Source: Candidatus Eiseniibacteriota bacterium
Lineage (GTDB): Bacteria; Eisenbacteria; RBG-16-71-46; DASYSL01
NCBI GenBank assembly: GCA_031431875.1
Contig: JANPEF010000082.1
Coordinates: forward strand, 4,901-68,900
Reading direction: 5' to 3'
Length of the DNA: 64,000 nt
The position numbers were made by a program, and so were the translations under genes. Shown piece by piece: positions 11,950 to 21,499 of the stretch (its first letter is position 1; each line of letters starts with the position of its first letter). The notes below the pieces were generated by a model. It ran no database searches. It worked only from the letters and a program-made list of their open reading frames with translations, and was not told the origin of the DNA.

Positions 11950-12465
11950 ATGGAACGCCGCAGTGTCGAAGCCATCGTCCGGTCCCTCAACGATGCGAAC
12001 GTGCGCTACCTCGTCGTCGGGGGCCTGGCGGTCGTCGCACACGGCCACGCGCGCTTCACCGGTGATGTCGACCTGGTCCTCGATCTCGACCCGGACAATG
12101 CATTGCGGGCGGTCGAAGCTCTCGCCGCCCTCGACTACCGGCCCCGGGCCCCCGTGCCGATCCGGGAGTTCGCCGACCCGGCCCGGCGGGACGATTGGGT
12201 CGCGACGAAGGGACTGACCGTCTTTTCGCTCTCCAGCCCGGCGCACCCCGCGACCGAGGTCGACCTGTTCGTCGCGGCCCCGTTCGATTTCGACGTCGTG
12301 TACCGACGTGCAGCTCGGTTCGAAGTCGCGCCCGCCGTCAGCGCCACGTTTGTGTCGCGTGCGGACCTGATCGGGATGAAGCGGCTTGCCGGTCGTCCCG
12401 TCGACCTCGACGACGCGCGTATTCTCGAGTCGATGGACGACCCGGGGCCGGGGCACGAACCATGA
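11950..12465 (+). CDS. Minimal nucleotidyltransferase-fold protein
   Basis: GGLAV..HG..R.T.DVD and C-terminal K..AGRP.DL.D motifs. Confidence 0.8.
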   Translation: MERRSVEAIVRSLNDANVRYLVVGGLAVVAHGHARFTGDVDLVLDLDPDNALRAVEALAALDYRPRAPVPIREFADPARRDDWVATKGLTVFSLSSPAHPATEVDLFVAAPFDFDVVYRRAARFEVAPAVSATFVSRADLIGMKRLAGRPVDLDDARILESMDDPGPGHEP

Positions 12466-12659
12466 GCGGGACCGACCCGAACGGACCCGAGAGTGCGGGC
12501 TGGGATCGCGGATTCGAGGGCCACGCCGAGGCGCAGCGGCGTCGGATCGCAGCACTGCCCCTGTGGCTGAGGATCGAGTGGCTCGAGGAAACGCAACGCC
12601 TCCTCGAGCGGATGAAACGCGTCGATCTCACGATGCGTCCCGACGACATCCTTCCCTGA
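12462..12659 (+). CDS. Small (65 aa) helical hypothetical protein, probable partner of the nucleotidyltransferase
   Basis: ATGA overlap with the upstream stop; W...[19 protein letters not shown] pattern. Confidence 0.65.
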   Translation: MSGTDPNGPESAGWDRGFEGHAEAQRRRIAALPLWLRIEWLEETQRLLERMKRVDLTMRPDDILP

Positions 12660-12669
12660 AACGAGCCCG

Positions 12670-15096
12670 ATGACCCCTCTACGAACCACACCCGGCCCCG
12701 CTCTCCTCCGCCGCATGGACGCGTGGTGGCGCGCGGCGAACTACTTGTCGGTCGGACAGATCTACCTCTACGACAATCCGCTCCTGCGCCGACCGCTGAC
12801 CGTCGAGGACATCAAGCCGCGCCTGCTCGGGCACTGGGGCACGACGCCCGGCCTCAACTTCATCTACGTGCACCTCAATCGCATCATCGTCGAGCGCGAC
12901 CTGGGCGTGCTGTACGTCTGCGGTCCCGGTCATGGCGGGCCGGGCATGGTCGCCAACACCTGGCTCGAGGGCGTCTACAGCGAGGTGTACCCGGACGTGT
13001 CGCAGGACGGGGAGGGGATGAAGCGGCTGTTCACCCAGTTCTCGTTCCCGGGCGGCATCCCGAGCCACGTCGCGCCCGAGACGCCGGGCTCCATCCACGA
13101 GGGCGGCGAGCTGGGCTACGCGCTCGTGCACGCCTTCGGCGCGGCGTTCGACAATCCCGATCTCGTCGTCGCCTGCGTGATCGGCGATGGCGAGGCCGAG
13201 ACCGGGCCGCTCGCCGCCAGCTGGCACTCGAACAAGTTCCTGAATCCCGCGCGGGACGGCGCGGTGCTGCCCATCCTGCACCTGAACGGCGCGAAGATCG
13301 CCGGGCCGACGGTGCTCGCGCGCATCCCGCGGCCCGAACTGGCCGCGTATCTCACGGGCTGTGGCTGGGATCCGATCTTCGTCGACGCCGACGATCCGCT
13401 GCCCGCGCATCGCGCGATGGCGCGTGCCATGGACCGCGCGTTCGACGCGATCGCAAAGGCGCAGAAGGCCGCTCGCCGCGCCGGCGTGCGCGCCGGACGC
13501 ACGGTGCGTCCGCGCTGGCCGATGATCGTGCTGGTCAGCCCGAAGGGGTGGACCGGGCCAGCGAAAGTCGACGGCAGGCAGGTCGAGGGTACATTTCGCG
13601 CGCACCAGGTTCCGCTCGCCGACGTGCACCACCATCCCGAGAGGATCGCGCAGCTCGAACGCTGGCTGAAGAGCTACAAGCCGCGCGAGCTGTTCGACGC
13701 CGACGGCCGGCCCCGCCCCGAGATCCTGGGCCTCGCGCCGGCAGGCGAGCGGCGCATGGGTGCGAATCCGCACGCCAACGGCGGGGCGCTGCTGCGCGAC
13801 CTGCGCCTGCCCGACTTCCGCGCCTACGCCGTTCCCGTGCCCGTGCCCGGCGCCGTCGACGCCGAGGCGACGCGCGTGCAGGGCGCCTACATCCGCGACG
13901 TGATGAAGAAGAATGCCGACCACGGGAACTTCCGCGTGTTCAGCCCGGACGAGACGGCGTCGAATCGCTGGAACCCGGTGTTCGAGGTCGAGAACCGCAT
14001 GACCACCGAGCCGATCACGAAGGACGATGACCACCTGTCGCCCGACGGCCGCGTGCTCGAGGTGCTGAGCGAGCACCTGTGCGAGGGCTGGCTCGAGGGC
14101 TATCTCCTCACCGGGCGGCACGGGTTCTTCTCCTGCTACGAGGCGTTCATCCACATCGTCGACTCGATGTTCAACCAGCACGCGAAGTGGCTCAAGTCCA
14201 CGCGTCACATCCCGTGGCGGCGGCCGATCGCCTCGCTCAACATCCTGCTCTCGTCGCACGTCTGGCGACAGGACCACAACGGGTTCAGCCACCAGGACCC
14301 GGGGTTCATCGATCACGTGGTGAACAAGAAGGCCGAGGTGATCCGCGTCTACCTGCCGCCCGACGCGAACACGCTGCTCGCGGTGACCGACCACTGCCTG
14401 CGCAGCCGCCACCTGGTCAACGTCATCATCGCCGGCAAGCAGGACGCGCCGCAGTGGCTCGACATGGACGCCGCGGTCCGCCACGCGGCGGCCGGCGCCT
14501 CGCTGTGGGAGTGGGCGTCGAACGACCGGGGTGGCGAGCCCGACGTGGTGATGGCCTGCGCGGGCGACGTGCCCACGCTCGAGACGCTGGCCGCGGTCGA
14601 GCTGTTGCGCACGCACGCGCCGGAGCTCAGGGTGCGCGTCGTCAACGTCGTCGACCTGATGACGCTCCAGCCCGAGAGCGAACACCCGCACGGGCTGTCG
14701 GATCGCGACTTCGACACGCTGTTCACCCGCGACAAGCCGGTCATCTTCGCCTTCCACGGGTACCCGTGGCTGATTCATCGCCTCACCTACCGGCGGACGA
14801 ACCACGCCAACCTGCACGTGCGCGGGTTCAAGGAGGAGGGGACGACGACGACGCCGTTCGACATGGTCGTGCTCAACGACCTCGATCGCTTCCACCTGGT
14901 CATGGACGTGATCGATCGCGTGCCCGGGCTCGGCTCCCACGCGGCGTATGCGAAGAAGGCGATGGCCGACGCGCTGGTCGCCCACACCGAGTACATCCGC
15001 CGCCACGGCGAGGACATGCCCACGATCCGTGACTGGCGCTGGGCCGGTACCACGCCGGTCAAGGCGACGGCCCGGCCGAAGGGAGCGCGCCCGTGA
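12670..15096 (+). CDS. xfp: Xylulose-5-phosphate/fructose-6-phosphate phosphoketolase
   Basis: [27 protein letters not shown]-binding [32 protein letters not shown]. Confidence 0.97.
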   Translation: MTPLRTTPGPALLRRMDAWWRAANYLSVGQIYLYDNPLLRRPLTVEDIKPRLLGHWGTTPGLNFIYVHLNRIIVERDLGVLYVCGPGHGGPGMVANTWLEGVYSEVYPDVSQDGEGMKRLFTQFSFPGGIPSHVAPETPGSIHEGGELGYALVHAFGAAFDNPDLVVACVIGDGEAETGPLAASWHSNKFLNPARDGAVLPILHLNGAKIAGPTVLARIPRPELAAYLTGCGWDPIFVDADDPLPAHRAMARAMDRAFDAIAKAQKAARRAGVRAGRTVRPRWPMIVLVSPKGWTGPAKVDGRQVEGTFRAHQVPLADVHHHPERIAQLERWLKSYKPRELFDADGRPRPEILGLAPAGERRMGANPHANGGALLRDLRLPDFRAYAVPVPVPGAVDAEATRVQGAYIRDVMKKNADHGNFRVFSPDETASNRWNPVFEVENRMTTEPITKDDDHLSPDGRVLEVLSEHLCEGWLEGYLLTGRHGFFSCYEAFIHIVDSMFNQHAKWLKSTRHIPWRRPIASLNILLSSHVWRQDHNGFSHQDPGFIDHVVNKKAEVIRVYLPPDANTLLAVTDHCLRSRHLVNVIIAGKQDAPQWLDMDAAVRHAAAGASLWEWASNDRGGEPDVVMACAGDVPTLETLAAVELLRTHAPELRVRVVNVVDLMTLQPESEHPHGLSDRDFDTLFTRDKPVIFAFHGYPWLIHRLTYRRTNHANLHVRGFKEEGTTTTPFDMVVLNDLDRFHLVMDVIDRVPGLGSHAAYAKKAMADALVAHTEYIRRHGEDMPTIRDWRWAGTTPVKATARPKGARP

Positions 15097-16325
15097 ACGT
15101 CCTCGTCCTCAACTGCGGCAGCTCGTCGCTCAAGTTCCAGGTCGTCGCCACCGACGCCGCGGCGATGGAGGCCGACTCCGATCGCGTGCTCGCACGTGGC
15201 GTAGTCGAGCGGATCGGCAGCGAGGCACTGCTCACGCTGACCGCCGGCGACGCGCCCGCCGTGCGCACCGCCGAGCCGCTGCGCGATCACCGTGCGGCGC
15301 TCGAGGCCGTGCTGCGCTGGCTCGTCGGGGGCGCCGTGCCGGGGATCGCTTCGCCCGGCGACGTGCACGCCGTCGGCCACCGCGTCGTCCACGGGGGCGA
15401 GACGCTGACCGCCGCGACCCTCCTCGACGAGGCGACGATCCGCACCATCGAGGCGTGCATCGACCTGGCTCCCCTGCACAACCCGGCCAACCTCAAGGGG
15501 ATCGACGCGGCGCGCACCGCGTTCGGTCCGGGCGTGCCGCAGGTCGGCGTGTTCGACACGGCGTTTCACGCGACGATGCCCGAGACGTCTTACCTGTACG
15601 CGATCCCGTACCCGATGTACGTGCGGCACCGCGTCCGGCGCTACGGCTTCCACGGCACGTCGCACCGCTACGTGGCGTGGCGCTATCGCCGGATCGCGGG
15701 TGTCGCGCGCGAGGCGACGAACGTGGTGAGCCTGCACCTGGGCAACGGCGCATCGGCCTGCGCGATCAAGGGTGGCATGTCGCTCGACACGACGATGGGC
15801 ATGACGCCGCTCGAGGGTCTGGTCATGGGCACGCGCTCGGGCGACCTCGATCCGGGTATCCTCGAGTTCCTTCACCACAAGGAAGGCCTCTCGCTCGGCG
15901 AACTCGATTCGATGCTCAACAAGCAGTCGGGCCTGCTCGGTGTCTCCGGGCTCACCAGCGACATGCGCGACCTGCTCGCCGAGGAGGCGGCCCACGGCGA
16001 TCGCCGGGCCCGCCTGGCGATCGACCTGTTCTGCCTGCGGGCGCGCAAGGCGATCGGCGCCATGCTGGCGCGGATGGGCGGCGCCGACGCGATCCTGTTC
16101 ACCGGTGGCATCGGCGAGAACGCCGCAGCGGTGCGGGCGCGCATCCTCGACGGCATGGAGTGGTGCGGCGTCGCGCTGGACACGGCGATGAACGACGCCA
16201 CCGTGCACGGCAAGGAGGGCGAGATCGGCGCCGCGGGATCGCACCTGCGCGTGTTCGTCATTCCCACCAACGAGGAACTGATCATCGCGCGCGACACGGT
16301 GCGCTGCGTCACCGGGACGCCGTGA
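15093..16325 (+). CDS. ackA: Acetate kinase
   Basis: [62 protein letters not shown]. Confidence 0.97.
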   Translation: MNVLVLNCGSSSLKFQVVATDAAAMEADSDRVLARGVVERIGSEALLTLTAGDAPAVRTAEPLRDHRAALEAVLRWLVGGAVPGIASPGDVHAVGHRVVHGGETLTAATLLDEATIRTIEACIDLAPLHNPANLKGIDAARTAFGPGVPQVGVFDTAFHATMPETSYLYAIPYPMYVRHRVRRYGFHGTSHRYVAWRYRRIAGVAREATNVVSLHLGNGASACAIKGGMSLDTTMGMTPLEGLVMGTRSGDLDPGILEFLHHKEGLSLGELDSMLNKQSGLLGVSGLTSDMRDLLAEEAAHGDRRARLAIDLFCLRARKAIGAMLARMGGADAILFTGGIGENAAAVRARILDGMEWCGVALDTAMNDATVHGKEGEIGAAGSHLRVFVIPTNEELIIARDTVRCVTGTP

Positions 16326-16352
16326 CGCCGGTCGCGCCGTGCGCATTCGAGG

Positions 16353-16556
16353 CGCGCGCTGGTTGAAAAGGCGCTCGCGGCACTGCGCACCGCGAGGAGA
16401 TCACGCTGCATGCTCTACCTTCTCGGAGTCAACGGGGACGGCCTCGCATTCTGGCGGCAGCTCGGCGCACAATCCCGGGGCGGGTTGCACCTGCTTTCCA
16501 TCGATCTCGAGGCACCATCGATCTCGAGGCCTGACAGGCGGCGCATCCGGTGTTAA
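16353..16556 (+). pseudogene. Start-less C-terminal fragment of a GNAT acetyltransferase
   Basis: Manual translation: RALVEKALAALRTARRSRCMLYLLGVNGDGLAFWRQLGAQSRGGLHLLSIDLE..., resembling the GNAT alpha3-beta5-'N..a..FW..lG' region. No N-terminal half is present. Confidence 0.55.
16498..16530 (+). repeat. Perfect 16-bp direct repeat, period 17
   Basis: CCATCGATCTCGAGGC at 16498-16513 and 16515-16530. Confidence 0.9.
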
Positions 16557-16597
16557 CCTCGCGGCCTCGCCGACCCACGGCCACGGAGGATTCGACG

Positions 16598-18019
16598 ATG
16601 ACCGATTTCCGCAGGACCACGGGGGGCACGGTCGCCCTCTCCACCGAACAACTCGACACGCTGCGCGCCTCGTTGCGCGGTCCACTCCTTCTCGCGGGCG
16701 ATGACGGCTACGACGCGGCGCGTGCGGTGTGGAATGCCATGATTGACCGCCGGCCCGCGGCGATCCTCCGCGCGCACGGCGCCGGGGACGTCATCCAGGC
16801 AGTGAACTTCGCCCGCACCCATGGTGTCCTGCTCGCGGTCAAGGGCGGCGGGCACAGCATCGCCGGCAAGGCGACGTGCGACGGCGGCCTCATGCTCGAC
16901 CTGTCCCTCATGCGCTCGGTGCGGGTCGAGCCGAAGAAGAAGCGGGCGCGTGTCGAGCCCGGCGCGCTGCTCTCCGACTTCGACCGCGAGACCCAGGCGT
17001 TCGGACTCTCGACCCCGACGGGCATCAACTCGACAACCGGGATGGCGGGTCTGACGCTGGGCGGCGGGTTCGGCTGGCAGAGTCGCAAGCGCGGCCTCAC
17101 CATCGACAACCTGATCGGCGTCGACATCGTGCTCGCCTCGGGTGAGCTGGTCGAGGCGAACGCGAAGCAGAACCCCGACCTGTTCTGGGCCGTGCGCGGC
17201 GGCGGCGGCAACTTCGGCGTCGTCACCTCGTTCGAGTATCGCCTGCACAAGCACGGGCCCGGGGTGTATGCCGGGCTCATCGTCTACCCGTTCGACCAGG
17301 CGCCCGCGGTGTTCGAGGGCTACCGCAAGTTCACCGCCGAGGCGTCCGAGGACATGACCGCGTGGCTCGTGCTACGCAAGGCGCCGCCGCTGCCGTTCCT
17401 GCCGGCGAAGGTGCACGGGAAGGAAGTCGTGGTCGTCGCGTTCTGCTGGATCGGGGCGCCGCGCCGGGGCAAGTCGATGGCCGCCCCGCTGCGCAAGTTC
17501 GGCAAGCCCGTCGGCGAGATGCTCGCCGTCATGCCTTTCGCCGGCTGGCAGACCGCGTTCGATCCGCTGCTCGAGCCGGGCGCTCGCAATTACTGGAAGT
17601 CGCACGACCTTCACAAGGTGACCGGCGACGTCGAGGGAATCCTGCTCGATGCCGTCGGCCGCCTGCCCACCGGCGAGTGCGAGGTGTTCGTCGGGCACCT
17701 GGGTGCTGCGGTCAATCGCGTGCCCATCGGCGACACGCCGTATCCGCATCGCGACATCGACTTCGTCGTCAACGTGCATACGCGCTGGCGCGAGGCGGCG
17801 GAGGACGCGGGCTGCATCGCCTGGGCGCGCGGGCTGTTCGACGCGCTCACCCCGCACGCGACCGGCGGCGTGTACGTCAATTTCATGCCCGAGGACGAAA
17901 CGCAGCGCGTCGCGGTGGGAGCCTACGGCCCGAACTACGCGCGCCTCGTCTCGCTGAAGTCGAAGTACGACCCGCAGAACCTGTTCAGCCTCAATCAGAA
18001 CATCCAACCGAAGGGCTGA
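16598..18019 (+). CDS. FAD-linked oxidoreductase (berberine bridge enzyme-like)
   Basis: GGGHS flavinylation motif, TGMAGLTLGGG.G, LFWAVRGGGGNFGVVT, YVNF, K.KYDP.NLF..NQNI; GGAGGA RBS before ATG 16598. Confidence 0.92.
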   Translation: MTDFRRTTGGTVALSTEQLDTLRASLRGPLLLAGDDGYDAARAVWNAMIDRRPAAILRAHGAGDVIQAVNFARTHGVLLAVKGGGHSIAGKATCDGGLMLDLSLMRSVRVEPKKKRARVEPGALLSDFDRETQAFGLSTPTGINSTTGMAGLTLGGGFGWQSRKRGLTIDNLIGVDIVLASGELVEANAKQNPDLFWAVRGGGGNFGVVTSFEYRLHKHGPGVYAGLIVYPFDQAPAVFEGYRKFTAEASEDMTAWLVLRKAPPLPFLPAKVHGKEVVVVAFCWIGAPRRGKSMAAPLRKFGKPVGEMLAVMPFAGWQTAFDPLLEPGARNYWKSHDLHKVTGDVEGILLDAVGRLPTGECEVFVGHLGAAVNRVPIGDTPYPHRDIDFVVNVHTRWREAAEDAGCIAWARGLFDALTPHATGGVYVNFMPEDETQRVAVGAYGPNYARLVSLKSKYDPQNLFSLNQNIQPKG

Positions 18020-18040
18020 GCCGACGCGAGGGCCGGTGCC

Positions 18041-18427
18041 ATGATCGACGAACTCCGTACCCATCTGCACTACGACGAGCCGCTGGCCGTCGAGTTCTAC
18101 GTCCTGCGGCACTACCGCCACCTGCTCACCGATGCCGAGCGCACCGCGTTGGACGCGGGCCTCGCGCGCTGGTGGGACCGCCTGCTCGAGCACATGCACG
18201 AGTGGGGAGCGCACGCCCGCGCGGCCACGGTCGCGCCGCCGTGGGAGCCGCTGCCGCTCGACCCGGCCCACGCCGAGCAGGCGCGCGCCGTCGTCGCCCG
18301 GTTGCGCGCGACGCATGGGGACGCGATCGCGATCGCCCGCTGTGCCGCTTGCCGGCGCGTGCTGCGCGACGCGGCGGTCGCGACGTGTCCGTGGTGCGGG
18401 GCGGCGGCGGGAGCCGGAGGGGCGTAG
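18041..18427 (+). CDS. Hypothetical protein with a C-terminal zinc ribbon
   Basis: CAAC...CPWC motif; ATG 21 nt after the upstream stop. Confidence 0.65.
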   Translation: MIDELRTHLHYDEPLAVEFYVLRHYRHLLTDAERTALDAGLARWWDRLLEHMHEWGAHARAATVAPPWEPLPLDPAHAEQARAVVARLRATHGDAIAIARCAACRRVLRDAAVATCPWCGAAAGAGGA

Positions 18428-18481
18428 GTCCCTGTGGTAGAATCGCTGCGCTCGGTGCGACCCCTTCTCCTGGAGGCTCCC

Positions 18482-20731
18482 TTGCTCGACTCTGAACTCC
18501 AGCCACGCCTGGCGCGCTCCTTCGGCGTGCTCCTCGCCCTCGCGGCCCTTGCCGCCTCGTCGCCCGCCCGCGCCCAACTCGATTGCCCGACGCCGCAGCT
18601 CATGGGGTCCCCGGTACCGGTGATCACGGGCCCGAATCCGATCTTCATGGCCTGCACTGACTTCGACAAGGATGGCGATCTCGACCTTGCCGTGACGAAC
18701 AGCGACTACGCCGGCGGTGGGTCGCAGGCCTCGGTGGCGGTCCTGCGCAACAACGGATTCGGTGCATTCACCCTCGACGCGACGTACCCCGTCGCGTCGA
18801 ACGCCTACGGTATCGTGGCCGGTGACTTCAACGAGGACGGCATCCTCGACCTCGCCGTGGCATGCCGGTCTGCGTCGCAGATCTGCATCCTGCGCGGACA
18901 GGGCGCCGGCGGCCTGGGCGACGGAACGTTTGCCCCGGCTATCGCGTACCCGGCCGGGGGGGGGCCGTTCCAGCTCGTGACGGGCGACTTCAACGGCGAC
19001 GGGAGTCTCGACCTGGCCGCATCCATCAACGATGCCGCACGCGTCGCGATCTACCGCGGCGCGGGCAACGGCACGATCGGCGCACCGCTCCTCGCGACGA
19101 TCGGCAACATCTCGACGGGGCTCGTCACCGGCGACTTCACCGGTGACGGCGTCCTCGACCTCGTCGCGACCGAGAACTACTTCGGGCGCATCGCGCTCCT
19201 GCGAGGCACGGGCACGAACGCGACCGTCAACGGCGGGTTTGCGCCGGCCGTCGCGTTTGCGGCGGGCGTCGAGCCGTTCGATCTCGAGGTGATCGACTTC
19301 AACGAGGACGGCATCCTCGACCTGGCGGTCGCGAATGGCAACCTCGGCGGGACCGTCGTCCTGCGCGGAGGAAGCAGCGGCGGCGTGGCGAACGGGACAT
19401 TCACGACTGTGGCCACGCTCGCCACCGGCACCACGGCCGGCATTGCCGCGCTCGATGCCAACGTGGATGGCATCCTCGATCTCGTAGCGGCCGAGAGCTT
19501 GCTGCCGTTCGGGCGTCGGCTCCACCTGTTGCTCGGTCAGGGCGCGGGAGGTGTGGGGAGTGGAACATTCGTTCCGGGAGCCGTCATCGGCCTGCCTTCC
19601 TTCCCGTACCAGGTGATCGCGGAGGACCTCAACGGCGACACGTTCGTCGACCTCGCGGTCACGGAGTACCAGTCCGACCGGATCGAGTTGTTGCGCGGAG
19701 GCTGCGGTGGCGCGCTACCCGATCCGCGCAGTCCCTACCTCACCGACGTGCGCGATGTCCCTGCCGACGAAGGCGGTCACGTCTACGTTACCTGGCTGCG
19801 CAGCGGGCTCGACGTGACGGGGGGCGCGGTGACTTCGTATCGCGTCTGGCAGCGCATCCCCGACGAACTGGCGCTGCCTGCTGGTGCGACGGCGACGTCC
19901 TCGGTGGAAGGCCCTGCGTTGCGCGAAGCCGGCGGCAAGCTCGAGCGGGTCGAGGCCGGTCCTGACGGTCGGCTGCTCGTCACCTTCTGGGAACACGTTG
20001 CCACGATTGCGGCGCAGCGGCTGGAGGGCTACGGCTACACGGCCACGACGAGCGAGGACTCGACCGCGGAGCGACCTGTCTCGACCGCGTTCTTCGTCAC
20101 GGCGGCGACCGCGAACATCGATGTCTTCTTCTCCTCGAACGTGGACAGCGGTGCGTCCATCGACAATCTCGCGCCGTCGGCGCCCGCGGGCCTCGCCCTG
20201 CTCGCCTCGAGTCCCGCCGGGCGCACGCTTCGCTGGGCGGCGAACCGCGAGCCGGACGTCGAGTTCTACCGCCTGGAGCGGGCGCCTTCGCCGGCATTCG
20301 TCCCGGGCGAGGTGGTCGTTCTCTCCACGCAGCCCGACACGGAATATGTCGACACGGACCTGTCGGTCGCGTCCTACCGGGTCGTCGCCCTCGATCACTC
20401 CCGCAACTCCAGTCCACCCTCGGCGATCGTCAATGCCGGATCCGTCGAGGTCGCGCCGACGTCGCGGCTCGCGCTCGCCGGCACGCACCCGCATCCCGCG
20501 CGCGCGGGCTCGCTGCGGATCGCCTTCTCGCTCGCCGATGGTGGGCCCGCCCGGCTCGAAGTGTTCGATGCCCGCGGTCGGCGGGTCGCCTCGCGTTCGC
20601 TCGACGGGCAGGGCGCGGGGGATCACGTCGTGAGCTTTGCAGGAGAACGACGGTTCGCGCCGGGGCTGTACTGGGCGCGCCTCACGCAGGCCGGGGCGAG
20701 CGCGGAGCGCAGGATCGTCGTCGTGGATTGA
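18482..20731 (+). CDS. Secreted FG-GAP/VCBS-repeat protein with an FN3-like domain and a C-terminal FlgD-Ig/T9SS-like domain
   Basis: Repeated GDFNxDGxxDL motifs; signal peptide ending ARA; C-terminal 'P.P...IAFSL....ARLEVFDARGRRV...GLYWARL'. TTG start follows GGAGG, with an extended -10 (TGG-TAGAAT, 18435-18443) upstream. Confidence 0.85.
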   Translation: MLDSELQPRLARSFGVLLALAALAASSPARAQLDCPTPQLMGSPVPVITGPNPIFMACTDFDKDGDLDLAVTNSDYAGGGSQASVAVLRNNGFGAFTLDATYPVASNAYGIVAGDFNEDGILDLAVACRSASQICILRGQGAGGLGDGTFAPAIAYPAGGGPFQLVTGDFNGDGSLDLAASINDAARVAIYRGAGNGTIGAPLLATIGNISTGLVTGDFTGDGVLDLVATENYFGRIALLRGTGTNATVNGGFAPAVAFAAGVEPFDLEVIDFNEDGILDLAVANGNLGGTVVLRGGSSGGVANGTFTTVATLATGTTAGIAALDANVDGILDLVAAESLLPFGRRLHLLLGQGAGGVGSGTFVPGAVIGLPSFPYQVIAEDLNGDTFVDLAVTEYQSDRIELLRGGCGGALPDPRSPYLTDVRDVPADEGGHVYVTWLRSGLDVTGGAVTSYRVWQRIPDELALPAGATATSSVEGPALREAGGKLERVEAGPDGRLLVTFWEHVATIAAQRLEGYGYTATTSEDSTAERPVSTAFFVTAATANIDVFFSSNVDSGASIDNLAPSAPAGLALLASSPAGRTLRWAANREPDVEFYRLERAPSPAFVPGEVVVLSTQPDTEYVDTDLSVASYRVVALDHSRNSSPPSAIVNAGSVEVAPTSRLALAGTHPHPARAGSLRIAFSLADGGPARLEVFDARGRRVASRSLDGQGAGDHVVSFAGERRFAPGLYWARLTQAGASAERRIVVVD

Positions 20732-20797
20732 GTTTCTGGTGCGCCGTCCACTCGCTGCCCGCGGAACCCGCCATGTTGCTTCGCAAGGGAGTGCCCC

Positions 20798-21469
20798 ATG
20801 ACCATACGCTCGATGTTGCACCCGCTCGCCCCCGTGCTTCTCATGTTCATGCTGATGACCTCCGCGTCCGTCGCTCGCGGCGCCGAGGAGGAGGCGGAGA
20901 GCCCGATGCAGCCCGGCGCCTGGGCAATTCAGTTCGGCATCGGCGACAACTTCGACCTGGAGTCGTTCTCGGGTGGAGCGTTGTCGGTCAAGCGCCACTC
21001 ATCGGCGAACTGTGCCTGGCGGGCCGGCGTCAATCTCTCCGCTTCGAGTCTCGGACGGGATACCTCGGTCGAGTTCGCGGACTCGACGACCCTGGAGGAG
21101 GAGGATTTCGACACCGAGTTCGCCGGAGTCGACCTCGACTGGCTCCGCTACTTCGGCGCCGGCACGACGGTACGCCCTTACTTCGGGTTCGGTCCGCGCG
21201 TCTCCTGGAGCCACGGCGGGTCATCCAACTCGGCACGGGAACGCGACCAGCACTCGTGGTCCGTTGGCGTGGGCGGACTGCTCGGCGCGGAGTACCGGGC
21301 CGCGTCCGCGATCGGGATCCACGCGGAATATCGCTACGCCCTCAGCTACACCTCGCGGACAGAGGAATTGCGCGCGGAACTCGATGTCCCTCCAGTCCTG
21401 CGATACGAGGACACGAGCTGGCAGCTATCGGGCGGCGGAGTGCGCTTCGGGCTGAGCGCCTACTTCTGA
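20798..21469 (+). CDS. Outer-membrane beta-barrel protein (8-stranded porin-like)
   Basis: Signal peptide, amphipathic strands (PYFGFG, GAEY, AEY), C-terminal GLSAYF beta-signal. Confidence 0.8.
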   Translation: MTIRSMLHPLAPVLLMFMLMTSASVARGAEEEAESPMQPGAWAIQFGIGDNFDLESFSGGALSVKRHSSANCAWRAGVNLSASSLGRDTSVEFADSTTLEEEDFDTEFAGVDLDWLRYFGAGTTVRPYFGFGPRVSWSHGGSSNSARERDQHSWSVGVGGLLGAEYRAASAIGIHAEYRYALSYTSRTEELRAELDVPPVLRYEDTSWQLSGGGVRFGLSAYF

Positions 21470-21499
21470 GTCCCGTGCGTCGAGGGCTTCGCGCCGGGG

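Noticed and set aside
16323-16325. Selenocysteine readthrough of the ackA TGA into the GNAT fragment
   Set aside because: AckA is complete at this stop, there is no Cys/redox context, and the GNAT part is only half a domain.
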